26,454 nucleotides of DNA. Source: Verrucomicrobiota bacterium. Its GTDB lineage: Bacteria > Verrucomicrobiota > Verrucomicrobiia > Limisphaerales > CANJXF01. Every line of letters starts with the position of its first letter. The stretch's first letter is position 1. Positions 9,015-17,948 of this stretch are shown piece after piece. The DNA is taken from assembly GCA_038214755.1 (NCBI GenBank), contig JBBQRQ010000071.1, forward strand, positions 1 through 26,454. The letters run 5' to 3'. The position numbers and the translations under genes are program-made. Under the pieces are notes generated by a model. The model was not told where the DNA came from. It searched no databases and saw only the letters and a program-made list of their open reading frames with translations.

Positions 9015-10871
9015 ATGAAATCAAAAATTGATTTTCTTATAGCGGGAATGCTGGTGGGATTGATTTCGAGCGCAAACGCTGCTCTGGAATACCCCTTGAG
9101 TGTTCAAAATATATCGGAGCTCCAGTCCCTCAACATGTCAGGAATAACCAACAAATCAGTGGCATTGGTTCTGGGCTACTACGCGCCGAGTGACCGCGGC
9201 GGCGGCATGTTTCAGTGGAATTCCAGTTCGACAGCCACGAATGATGGCGGGCGCTACATAACAACAAACTCTTGGGCTGGCGGCGCTGGCCGCTGGGTTC
9301 GAATGCTCAATGGTGAAACGGCTAACGTCAAAATGTGGGGAGCCACCGCCAATCCGGTGCACGACGATACGACCAATATCCAATACGCCGTGAATGCTTG
9401 CGGCTTTGGATGGACAGAAGAGTTGTTATTTCCATCCGGCTCCTACAAGGTGACGGACACAATAGTTTTTCCGAGTCAGTTACACATTCGTGGTGAAGGA
9501 CAGGTTAACAACACGCATGTAATTATGCCAGCAGGGAGTCAATTTCAGAAAGACATATTCCGTACCGGGCTCGCAAATAGGTACTTGACGGGAGACTCAG
9601 TGATCCCCGGCTACGACTTGGACCACGGCCTCGTCTTCGAGAACATGTACATTGCATTCGATGGAGTTGAGGAAACTCGAAATACGTCGAATGCGTGCCT
9701 TGTGGTTTGCAGTCCCGGCGAAGGAAACGAAATCCGCAACCTGCACCTCCTTAGTGGCGGATATGGAATAAGATGTATCGGAGGCGGCGCCCCTGGATTA
9801 AGAGTTCGAAACGTTAGCGTTGGTAATCAAGCTATTGCGGGCATTAGCGTCGAACCGATGGTTATTAACAGCAGCGAGCAGGACAACGGCGGCTCGATAA
9901 ATCTCAGTGGCATCAGCGGCGACTATCGTTGGAATAGTTATGCAGGCACTGCGAGTTTAATTCGACTTTATCATTCCATTGCCACGGTTTCCATCCATAG
10001 TTTCAAAGCAGAAGGCGAATTTGGCGGTGGAGTCATACAGGCTTCCTTACCGGCTGGATGGCCTGGAAACCCGATGGGATCAATCGGTATTTACGGAGGA
10101 ACATACAGTTCTGGACCTCTTGAAGGGCAAACCAATGTTCCGCGCGATTTCGTAGTATTGAAAGGCCCCAGTGAAAGTCCATCACGAACCCCCTCAGTTT
10201 ATATCGATCGGGTGAATCTTTCCGGTACTCGTTATTTAATTCGAGACGAAGTGACGGGACGTAACGTGTCTCCGCCGGATAATCTTGGCGTCGGACTTAT
10301 GCAAGGTGTGTGTCGCCTTCCTACCGAGTATGAGGGGTACAATTATGGGTGGCTGCGTTCCCGTTTAGTGGTCGGAGGCGACGCACTCTATACCTTTCTC
10401 CCCCCCACTAATGGTTGGTATCGCGTCATGGGCCCGGTGACGGGGAATCCCAGCATTGGAGGAAGGCTGGTCATCAGTAGCCTCATGGAGTCTTCGGAAG
10501 TAAGTGTGCAGGTGTATCCTGGAGGAGGAATTACCGGAGCGGAGATTAATGTAATACGCACAGTGAGGGATGGTGGGTCTTATCGACCGATGGTAACCAA
10601 GATTCGTGCGGGCAGCTATAATGATCCTTCACTTAGTGGAAATAATGATTGTCCGTTTGTTGATATATACGTGGAGCGTTTACACGATGATTTATACGAC
10701 TACTATAGAACCATTACACTTGCGTATCCAATTCAAGCCGCCCAAAATTTGATTGTCAGCGGGGGAATGGTTCCATTGTTAACCCCGACCAGTCCGCTAA
10801 CGAACGGAGATCCCTTACCGTCATCCGGCTGCACGCTTCTTCAGTGTATCACAAATAGTTTGGTGCGGTAA
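9015..10871 (+). CDS. Secreted parallel beta-helix protein (pectate lyase 3/tailspike-like), putative polysaccharide depolymerase, 618 aa
   Basis: Signal peptide (MKSKIDFLIAGMLVGLISSANA-A); VLGYYAPSDRGGGMFQW..DGG..GRWVR module; NVKMWGA..DDT..IQ.A..LLFPSGSYKV..I.GEG beta-helix cap. Confidence 0.8.
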   Translation: MKSKIDFLIAGMLVGLISSANAALEYPLSVQNISELQSLNMSGITNKSVALVLGYYAPSDRGGGMFQWNSSSTATNDGGRYITTNSWAGGAGRWVRMLNGETANVKMWGATANPVHDDTTNIQYAVNACGFGWTEELLFPSGSYKVTDTIVFPSQLHIRGEGQVNNTHVIMPAGSQFQKDIFRTGLANRYLTGDSVIPGYDLDHGLVFENMYIAFDGVEETRNTSNACLVVCSPGEGNEIRNLHLLSGGYGIRCIGGGAPGLRVRNVSVGNQAIAGISVEPMVINSSEQDNGGSINLSGISGDYRWNSYAGTASLIRLYHSIATVSIHSFKAEGEFGGGVIQASLPAGWPGNPMGSIGIYGGTYSSGPLEGQTNVPRDFVVLKGPSESPSRTPSVYIDRVNLSGTRYLIRDEVTGRNVSPPDNLGVGLMQGVCRLPTEYEGYNYGWLRSRLVVGGDALYTFLPPTNGWYRVMGPVTGNPSIGGRLVISSLMESSEVSVQVYPGGGITGAEINVIRTVRDGGSYRPMVTKIRAGSYNDPSLSGNNDCPFVDIYVERLHDDLYDYYRTITLAYPIQAAQNLIVSGGMVPLLTPTSPLTNGDPLPSSGCTLLQCITNSLVR

Positions 10872-11132
10872 CCGAAATTCTATACGATTAAATTTCGCTG
10901 GCATTCCATAGTTTTACCAGCTCTTTAGGCGCGATTGGAAACGCGGTGCTGTTTTATATCCTTCGGGCAGTTGAAAGTGAAACAAAAGAAAGCAACGCAA
11001 ATAAAATTTTGTGGAATAGACCACGGTGTCCTGTTAATCAGAACGCTGGATTGCGAATTTGGCGGAATCCGATGGTTTAAAAATTTCTCATTTGATGCGA
11101 TTTTGACGCTGATAGATGCATCAACCTTTTGA

Positions 11133-11155
11133 GAATGGACTTGCGACGTCCATTC
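11133..11155. terminator. Hairpin between convergent genes, possible terminator
   Basis: GAATGGAC-ttgcgac-GTCCATTC, a perfect 8-bp stem with no clear adjoining U-tract. Confidence 0.3.
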
Positions 11156-11201
11156 GAGGTTTGGCGAGCATGACGGCCATTTCCTGGTGACATGACCATT
11201 T

Positions 11202-12395
11202 TTATTTTTTTCGTCGGCTGCTGTATTCCTTAAGCAACCGGTCGCCATAATCCTGCCAGGTATTTTTAAGGGCTCCCTTTTGATACGAAGCTTCACCCAT
11301 TCGTTGATTCAGATTTTGATCCTGCCCCAACTTGATCATGGCCTCGGCAATCTGCGGCGGATTGCGAGGCTGGACTATAAATCCTTCGATTCCGTCCTGC
11401 ACCAAAGTGGTCGCGCCGCTTTCGTAGCTGGCAATGATGGGCAAGCCGGCCGCCATTGCTTCCGACAAAACGCGCGCAAAACCTTCTTCCAACGAAGGGA
11501 AAACAAACGCGGAGCAAGTGGTGAGGAGCTTCGCCATTTTAGAGTGGTTGAGACATGGATAATGCGTAAATGTCCCCATCCATTTTGGTTTTTCCAAACG
11601 GAAATCGGTTTTGTAATCGCCCACGCAGATCAACTCAGCGTCAGGGAGAGCTTTCTTCACCTGTTCGAAAGCGCGGAACAAATACTGATAGCCTTTGCGC
11701 ACGCAGATGGTTCCGACCGAAATGAAACGCGGTTTTTTGGGAACGATTTTTCGCGGCTGAAAAACCGAGCTATCCGCGCCAAAGGGATTCACAAAACATT
11801 TTTTGCCGGGAATCCCGTTCGTGACCATCGTATCGCGAACAAAATCCGACGGACATAAAATCAGGTCGGCTCGCTCCAATTCGCGATTCATCCGGGCAAA
11901 CATCCAGCGGGGAATGGGAAGACTTTCGCCCGGACACCACAAATCACATTCGCGCTGCCAATAACCGAAAAGGGTGGTTGGATGGCTATTGGCGCAATCG
12001 GCTACTTTGAGCGCACCCGTTTTTTCCGCGACGTCAAATAGCTCGGTGCCATAACCCGTGATGGTTTGGACTACGTTGAAGTCAGGAAACTTTTGTAATT
12101 TTAACCAGGCCTTCCACAGTGGAATTAATTCGTAGAACGCGCGCTCCCCCCAAACTTGCGGCACCAAATGGTAAAATGGCTTCATCGCGAGATGAAATGG
12201 CCAGCAGCGCCGATGTTTTTCCGAGGGCAAGGCGGTTCGATTTTTATTGGAAATCCAAAGCCCCGCCAACGCGTTTCGTTGTTGCAATGCTTGAGCGGTA
12301 TTCTCCAGATACCAGGCTCCACAAGTAGCCAATAGAATTTGCAGTCGCGGTTCCTGGGAGGAAGCTGGGTTGATTGTGCTTGGGACTGTTTTCAA
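11202..12395 (-). CDS. Glycosyltransferase family 4 (GT-B); exact start uncertain
   Basis: ADLILCPSDFV, VNPFGAD, VGTICVRKG, VFPSLEEGFARVLSEAMAAGLPII. Confidence 0.93.
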   Translation of the reverse strand: MKTVPSTINPASSQEPRLQILLATCGAWYLENTAQALQQRNALAGLWISNKNRTALPSEKHRRCWPFHLAMKPFYHLVPQVWGERAFYELIPLWKAWLKLQKFPDFNVVQTITGYGTELFDVAEKTGALKVADCANSHPTTLFGYWQRECDLWCPGESLPIPRWMFARMNRELERADLILCPSDFVRDTMVTNGIPGKKCFVNPFGADSSVFQPRKIVPKKPRFISVGTICVRKGYQYLFRAFEQVKKALPDAELICVGDYKTDFRLEKPKWMGTFTHYPCLNHSKMAKLLTTCSAFVFPSLEEGFARVLSEAMAAGLPIIASYESGATTLVQDGIEGFIVQPRNPPQIAEAMIKLGQDQNLNQRMGEASYQKGALKNTWQDYGDRLLKEYSSRRKK

Positions 12396-12426
12396 TTTGT
12401 CTGATCTGAATAACCAAATTGGTCCT

Positions 12427-13143
12427 TCAACGAGGGCTGGTTTCGTTTAGCGCGGCTGGGCGAAACAAGCCCAAAACGGAAATGCCATGAAATGGAAAGA
12501 TTCGTCGAAACATCCCGGTTTCGAGCCAAATGGTTGCTTTTGTGCCCAACACCTTTTGTGAAATGTTACTGAGAAACGGAAGCAGCGTTGCATCGGTTCC
12601 CCATTCGACCAGTTTTAATCCACAATGGGTTTCCGCTAAATTTAACAAATGCCAATGATCCCATGACTGGAGATGACCTTGATTAACTTCCGCCACATTG
12701 ATTGTTCTTTTGAAAGTGCGATGGAGATAACGCAGATTGGGAACGGCAATAATGACGAACTCGCGAGAAATTTTTGCTAGAGCGCTGAGGGTTTGTTTCG
12801 GATTGTCAACATGTTCCAGCACATGAAAACAGGTCACGACATCGAACGATTTTGCGCCGAACTGCGCTAAAGGGTCCGATGGATTGAGTTCGCAGCTGGG
12901 GCTGAAACGCCCGGCCAGCCTGACACATTCGGGATCAATGTCTGTTCCCTCGGCCATAAGCCCAACCCCTTTGGCGAATTCTAGGCATTCTCCTCTGCCA
13001 CAACCATAATCCAAAAGCGTTTTGCCTTCGGGATGGCAATGTTTCGATAACAAAGCCAATCCCTGCTTTTTCCAGAAATTCTCGTAGTATTCAAACCGGT
13101 TTTTTTTTTCGTCTATCTGATAAGGCAAATGTGGTACTTTCAT
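12427..13143 (-). CDS. Class I SAM-dependent methyltransferase
   Basis: LLDYGCGRG, FDVVTCFHVLEHV.NP, IIAVPN. ATG 13143 chosen because it avoids overlap with the divergent gene. Confidence 0.9.
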   Translation of the reverse strand: MKVPHLPYQIDEKKNRFEYYENFWKKQGLALLSKHCHPEGKTLLDYGCGRGECLEFAKGVGLMAEGTDIDPECVRLAGRFSPSCELNPSDPLAQFGAKSFDVVTCFHVLEHVDNPKQTLSALAKISREFVIIAVPNLRYLHRTFKRTINVAEVNQGHLQSWDHWHLLNLAETHCGLKLVEWGTDATLLPFLSNISQKVLGTKATIWLETGMFRRIFPFHGISVLGLFRPAALNETSPR

Positions 13144-13207
13144 GTGTTGGCGCGGCAAATCCGGGGAAGAACTTGCCTCCGCGCACAGCTTGCAATAGAA
13201 ACCGAAC

Positions 13208-14428
13208 ATGGTTCAAGATGTTTCACCCTCGACAACACTGCGAGTGGCTTTCGTCACCGGCGGGTTACAACTCGGCGGCGCCACCACATTCTTATGCAAT
13301 CTGGCGGGCGAACTTGTCCGCCGAAATGTCGCGGTGAAAGTCTTGAGCTTTGAGAAAGAAAATCCGTTCGCTTCGGATTTTAAAAAATTAAAAATTCCTC
13401 TTTCCTGCACAGATGAACATCGTTCGATTTTCGAGGACCGGATGCAGTCTGTTTTGCTGGAATTAAAAAACTTCAAGCCCAGTGTCGTCGTCGCCAATTT
13501 GGGATCGACTTCCTTTGAAACGCTTCGTTACGGGCCGCCAGGAGTGTTTCGCATGGGAGTTGTCCACGCGGACGATCCGAACGTTTACAAAGTGATCGTC
13601 CATTACGCGCCCTACCTGGATTTGTTGGCAGTAGTTTCCGAAGCCATCAAAACCAATCTTGAGAAAATGCCGGAATTTTCAGGAGTGCCGGTGCGTTATC
13701 TTCCATTGGGGGTTCCGATGCTTTCCGAGTCATCGCTTGCAACTCGTGTGACCTCCCCGGCCCTCCGAATTCTTTACATTGGTCGCCTTTGTCAGGAGCA
13801 AAAGCGGGTCCGGTTATTTCCGAGTATTTTTGAAAAGTTAAAATCCTCCGGCATTCCTTTTTCCTGGACGATCGCCGGCGAAGGGCCGGAAAAAAGTTAT
13901 TTGGAGCGGGCGATGAAAAGCGACAATCCAAACCAAACAGTTTTTTTCGCCGGGAAAATTGCCTATACCGATGTGCCACAGCTTTTGCGCGAGCAGGATA
14001 TTTTTTTACTGGCTTCGGATTATGAAGGATTGCCGCTCAGTCTGCTGGAGGCGATGGGGCAAGGAGTGGTTCCAGTCGTCAGCGATCTGTCCAGCGGCAT
14101 TGGTGAATTGGTGGATGACACAAACGGCAAGCGAGTTGCGCCGGAAAACATCGCCGGGTATAGCGACGCCATTATTTGGCTGCACCAGCACCGCGACGAG
14201 TTGGAGCGGCTTTCACGCAACGCTCGGGAAAAAGTTTTTCAAACTTTCTCGGTCAGTGCGATGGCGGACCGGTGGATTTCAGCGTTCTTGCAAGCGAAAC
14301 CTCATCCAACGGAATGGCCCCCGCGCTGGCCGATCCAGCCGTTGTTGTTAGCAACGCGGCCTTTTTATTATTCTCCTCTCGTCAGAATTTTTCGGCGACT
14401 CGCTTTGAAATTTCGACGGCCGATTTAG
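13208..14428 (+). CDS. Glycosyltransferase family 4 (GT-B)
   Basis: LRVAFVTGGLQLGGA, YIGRL..EQKR, IAGEGP, SDYEGLPLSLLEAMGQG. Confidence 0.93.
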   Translation: MVQDVSPSTTLRVAFVTGGLQLGGATTFLCNLAGELVRRNVAVKVLSFEKENPFASDFKKLKIPLSCTDEHRSIFEDRMQSVLLELKNFKPSVVVANLGSTSFETLRYGPPGVFRMGVVHADDPNVYKVIVHYAPYLDLLAVVSEAIKTNLEKMPEFSGVPVRYLPLGVPMLSESSLATRVTSPALRILYIGRLCQEQKRVRLFPSIFEKLKSSGIPFSWTIAGEGPEKSYLERAMKSDNPNQTVFFAGKIAYTDVPQLLREQDIFLLASDYEGLPLSLLEAMGQGVVPVVSDLSSGIGELVDDTNGKRVAPENIAGYSDAIIWLHQHRDELERLSRNAREKVFQTFSVSAMADRWISAFLQAKPHPTEWPPRWPIQPLLLATRPFYYSPLVRIFRRLALKFRRPI

Positions 14429-15990
14429 GTTGCCTCGCTAATCTTTGGAACGGCGACGCCAAAAATGCGGCGCAACAGTGGAACGAACGGCCGGGGCGCG
14501 CGACGCAATACTTCGTGATGAAAACTGCCAGGAAGTCCAAGACGCAAAAATAAAAAAGCTCCGCCACCGCCGCAAAGCAGGACGTTGATCGCGAAACGTA
14601 AAGGGATGGACAAAGGTTTTTCCAGCGACCAGGCCGCGAGCGCAAACGGTGCGTAAGCGATCAAAACTTTTCCCATTGGTTGGAGCCAGGTCAAACCGAC
14701 TTCTTTGGTGGAAAGACCAAAATATTCTTTGACCCGCCATAACCCATAGGTGCCACTAAACACGAGGCTGCAAACAATCGAGCTTCCAATAATTGCCGGC
14801 AACCCACCGCTCGGCGCAAGCATTACAGCCACAGCAACAAAGATGACGCCTTCGATAAAATAGATATACCGCATGGACGCGATTCTCTTAGTCATTAAAA
14901 CAAAACTGTTATGACAATGAAGCAGCGCCAACACGATCATCCAACCTCCTAAAAGCAAGTCATTCTGCACCGGCCAGAAAAATTTTCCACGCATCCAAAG
15001 AGTGACGAAGTAACTGTTGCATAAAACGTAAGAAATAGCGGCAAAAGCGCTCAAGGACGCGGTCATAATCACCATTGACTTGTAACGCTCACGCAAAACG
15101 GATTGCTCGCGGCGCGCCATCATTTCTGAAAACGCGGGCGCCGAAAAGTCTGAGACCTTCCAAATGGCCTGTGAAATCAAATTGAACATTTTTGTTCCAA
15201 TGTTCCAGGCGGCGCCGGAAGTTAAGCCAAAGTCTCGCGTGATGATGAAGGTCTGGCTGAACATGATCAGTTGCGTTCCCACCGAGACTAAAAACATATC
15301 TTTGCCGTAATCAAAAAGCTCTTTGAAATGCAGCCATGATATTTTCCCCCACTGTTTAGGGAACAAGCCCAGCTTTCCGCAGGCGATAATTAATAGAATC
15401 GCGTTGCCGATGGAAGTCGCGAGGTTCGCCCAGATTGAACTCAAGACTCCCTCGCCTCGTTCAAAAAAAAACCAAAGTAAGACGAGATTGGATCCGGTCA
15501 TCACAATCTGGCCGTAGTTGATGATGTCAAAGCGTTGATGGGCGTAGAGAAGGTGGTTGAAAATCCGCGCCAAAAATCCAAAGGCAAGAATGCCGCTTTG
15601 CCAACGAAGAAGAACGATGAAGTCGTGGCGCCAAACCGGTTCTATTTTCAGCCAGTCGCAGAGCACCGGGGCCAAAAAAAACCCGGCGCAGAAAATGATT
15701 GCGCCTTGCACCGCCAGGACCAGCCAGCCGGTTTGAATTAAACTGCCGTAATTACCACTGGCTTGTTCGTCTTTATAATCAATCAGCAAACGGGCCACAG
15801 AGCCGGACATGCCCATATCAACCAGGTTCAAATAAATACCAATCGATCCCATCAATGCCCATAAACCAAATTCTTTTTCATTGAGAAAATGACTCGCGAC
15901 TCGCAAGGAAACGAGTCCAGTCAGGGCCACCAGCACGAGAACCGCGTAACCGGAAGCAACACTATGAGCGACTCTTTTAAATCGGGACAT
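14425..15990 (-). CDS. wzx: Polysaccharide flippase (Wzx/MOP family), 521 aa
   Basis: Multi-pass hydrophobic protein with FL...EFGLW..D.G and KELFDYG motifs; polysaccharide context. Confidence 0.85.
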   Translation of the reverse strand: MSRFKRVAHSVASGYAVLVLVALTGLVSLRVASHFLNEKEFGLWALMGSIGIYLNLVDMGMSGSVARLLIDYKDEQASGNYGSLIQTGWLVLAVQGAIIFCAGFFLAPVLCDWLKIEPVWRHDFIVLLRWQSGILAFGFLARIFNHLLYAHQRFDIINYGQIVMTGSNLVLLWFFFERGEGVLSSIWANLATSIGNAILLIIACGKLGLFPKQWGKISWLHFKELFDYGKDMFLVSVGTQLIMFSQTFIITRDFGLTSGAAWNIGTKMFNLISQAIWKVSDFSAPAFSEMMARREQSVLRERYKSMVIMTASLSAFAAISYVLCNSYFVTLWMRGKFFWPVQNDLLLGGWMIVLALLHCHNSFVLMTKRIASMRYIYFIEGVIFVAVAVMLAPSGGLPAIIGSSIVCSLVFSGTYGLWRVKEYFGLSTKEVGLTWLQPMGKVLIAYAPFALAAWSLEKPLSIPLRFAINVLLCGGGGAFLFLRLGLPGSFHHEVLRRAPRPFVPLLRRIFGVAVPKISEAT

Positions 15991-15993
15991 AAC

Positions 15994-16953
15994 TCAAATT
16001 TTTTGGAAGAAGCCGTAAATGCTGTTGCCCCATTCCGGGAAAAAATATTTCATCCCGGTTTTGCGATAAACCAGGGAAACGAGTTTCGGGAAAACTTTTC
16101 CTCCTCGGCGCTTCCGCCGCCCGACAATGGGCGCGGTCTGATTATGCATATTCCAAAATTGTTCGATTTGCTCGCCGAGCAGAATATCGCCGCCGCTTGC
16201 AGTGAGCTTCATATTTACGGCCGCAGCTAATTGCTGTAGATCGGCGAGTCTCCAGCGGCTCACGTGATGCGGCGGCCATTGGTGGGCGTCGTAAGGTACC
16301 AATCGGTAAACTCCACCGGCGGAAGGAACAGCAATGGCGATGTAGCCGCCCGGTTTCAATAGGGATATGGCTCCTTTCATCACCCCCACGGGATCAGCCA
16401 CATGCTCCAGCACTTGAAAAAAAGTAATCAAATCAAAGACCCCACCGGTCTTCGTTTCATCCAGTTGGTCGAGCAATTCTTTGAAAACAACGTGTCCTTT
16501 TTTTTGCGCTTTCTCACCAGCTGCTTTGTTTAACTCGATCCCACAAACCTCGTGCCCCGCCGCTTTGGCCAAATCCAAAAAGGTTCCGCTGCCGCAGCCG
16601 ACATCCAGGATTCGCGTGAGATTTTGTTGCCTGGCAAATTTTAACGTACGGCTAAATTCCGGCCGTAAAGAAGCGAAATAGCCTTGATGCTCCAGATCGC
16701 GATAAAATCTCTCGCCTCCGGAGAATGATGGATTGAAAAAAGAAAACCCGCAGTTCTGGCACTCGTAAAGAATCACAGGCTTATTTCGGGGGAGATCTTT
16801 CCATCCTTCGTCCGAGAATTCCAGGTTAAATGTCTTCCAGAGTTTTCTGATTTGCTCACTGTCCAACTGGTCAACGCCTTTCGGTTCGATGCCCAAGCAC
16901 AAAAGGCACGTTAGTTTGCCGACGTTTGATTCAATTGTTTTGCTATCGTTCAA
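15994..16953 (-). CDS. Class I SAM-dependent methyltransferase with N-terminal CxxC/CxxC
   Basis: CLLC and CQNC pairs, ILDVGCGSG, FDLITFFQVLEHV.DP, LLKPGG, PPHH. TTG start. Confidence 0.9.
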   Translation of the reverse strand: MNDSKTIESNVGKLTCLLCLGIEPKGVDQLDSEQIRKLWKTFNLEFSDEGWKDLPRNKPVILYECQNCGFSFFNPSFSGGERFYRDLEHQGYFASLRPEFSRTLKFARQQNLTRILDVGCGSGTFLDLAKAAGHEVCGIELNKAAGEKAQKKGHVVFKELLDQLDETKTGGVFDLITFFQVLEHVADPVGVMKGAISLLKPGGYIAIAVPSAGGVYRLVPYDAHQWPPHHVSRWRLADLQQLAAAVNMKLTASGGDILLGEQIEQFWNMHNQTAPIVGRRKRRGGKVFPKLVSLVYRKTGMKYFFPEWGNSIYGFFQKI

Positions 16954-17023
16954 TTGTTGAAAGCTAAACTGATTCTTGTCGAAAATTCAGTACAAAACAG
17001 AAGACTTATTTTACGTGGCCGTT

Positions 17024-17829
17024 CACTGCTGTCCGGTTAAGTTTCGGGTGACAGCGATTTTGTCTCGATAACATCGAGATTTTTTTCGCTGTTCTGCTTT
17101 TTTCGATTTCAATTTCCCAACCGCTCTTTGAGGGTAAATCACCGCTATCCTGCGGTTTTTTATCTTATGAATGAAGGTCGCACCGTTTTCGCCCAACTCC
17201 TGGACTGCCTGCCCAAATACGAATTCGACAAGTGTGTCGCCCGTTACGGTGGCAACTTCCGCGTCCGCAAATTTCCCGCTTATGAGCAGTTTCTCGTTCT
17301 GGCCTTCGCCCAATTGACCTGGCGCGAAAGTCTCCGCGACATCGAAACCTGTTTGGCTTCCTTCGGCCCGAAACTTTATCACTCGGGCATCCGCCAACCC
17401 ACGGCGCGCAGCACGCTGGCCGACGCCAACGAAAAACGCGACTGGCGTCTTTTCGCCGATTTCGCGCACGTCCTCATCCGGCAAGCCACCGCCCTTTACG
17501 CCCACGATCCCTTCGGCATTGAACTTCAAGCTCGAACTGTTCTTCAAATGGATCAAACAACACCTGCGCATCAAAGCCTTCTACGGCACGAGCGCCAACG
17601 CTGTGCGCACACAAATCTGGAGCGCCATCGCCGTCTATCTGCTCTTCGTCATTTTGAAGAAACGTCTGCATCTGGATTCCAGTCTCTACACTATTTTAAA
17701 GATTTTAAGCCTCACGCTTTTCGAGAAAATGCCCATTTCACAGGCCCTTTCTCAACTGCCGCTCCCTTCGGAATCACCCGATTCCCAAAATCACCCCTGT
17801 TTGCCGGGCTTCTAAACCGGACAGCAGTG
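17024..17829 (+). mobile_element. IS4-family element, internally deleted (806 bp), non-autonomous
   Basis: Perfect 15-bp terminal inverted repeats CACTGCTGTCCGGTT (17024-17038) / AACCGGACAGCAGTG (17815-17829), flanked by a 9-bp direct repeat GTGGCCGTT (17015-17023, 17830-17838). Confidence 0.95.
17167..17815 (+). pseudogene. IS4-family transposase pseudogene
   Basis: DUF4372-like N-terminus (MNEGRTVFAQLL..AQLTWRESLRDIE..RSTLADANEKRD) joined out of frame at ~17531 to the C-terminus (ELFFKWIKQHLRIKAFYGTS.NAV.TQIW). The central catalytic region is missing. Confidence 0.93.
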
Positions 17830-17948
17830 GTGGCCGTTCAATCTTTACAGCCGCATTTGGCGCGGGCAATCTTCGACCCAATAAAGGCGCAGGAGTTGGC
17901 TAAACCTTCCAGTCGAGCGCCAAGAAACCGCAAAGAACTCGCGAACAA

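Noticed and set aside
8200..10871. Prophage remnant
   Set aside because: No integrase, capsid, terminase or other tail genes, and the beta-helix protein carries a signal peptide.
10925..11296. ORFs 10925-11296 and 10935-11132
   Set aside because: No recognisable motifs, and one overlaps the glycosyltransferase. Both are likely spurious, as are the many short antisense ORFs nested in the called genes.
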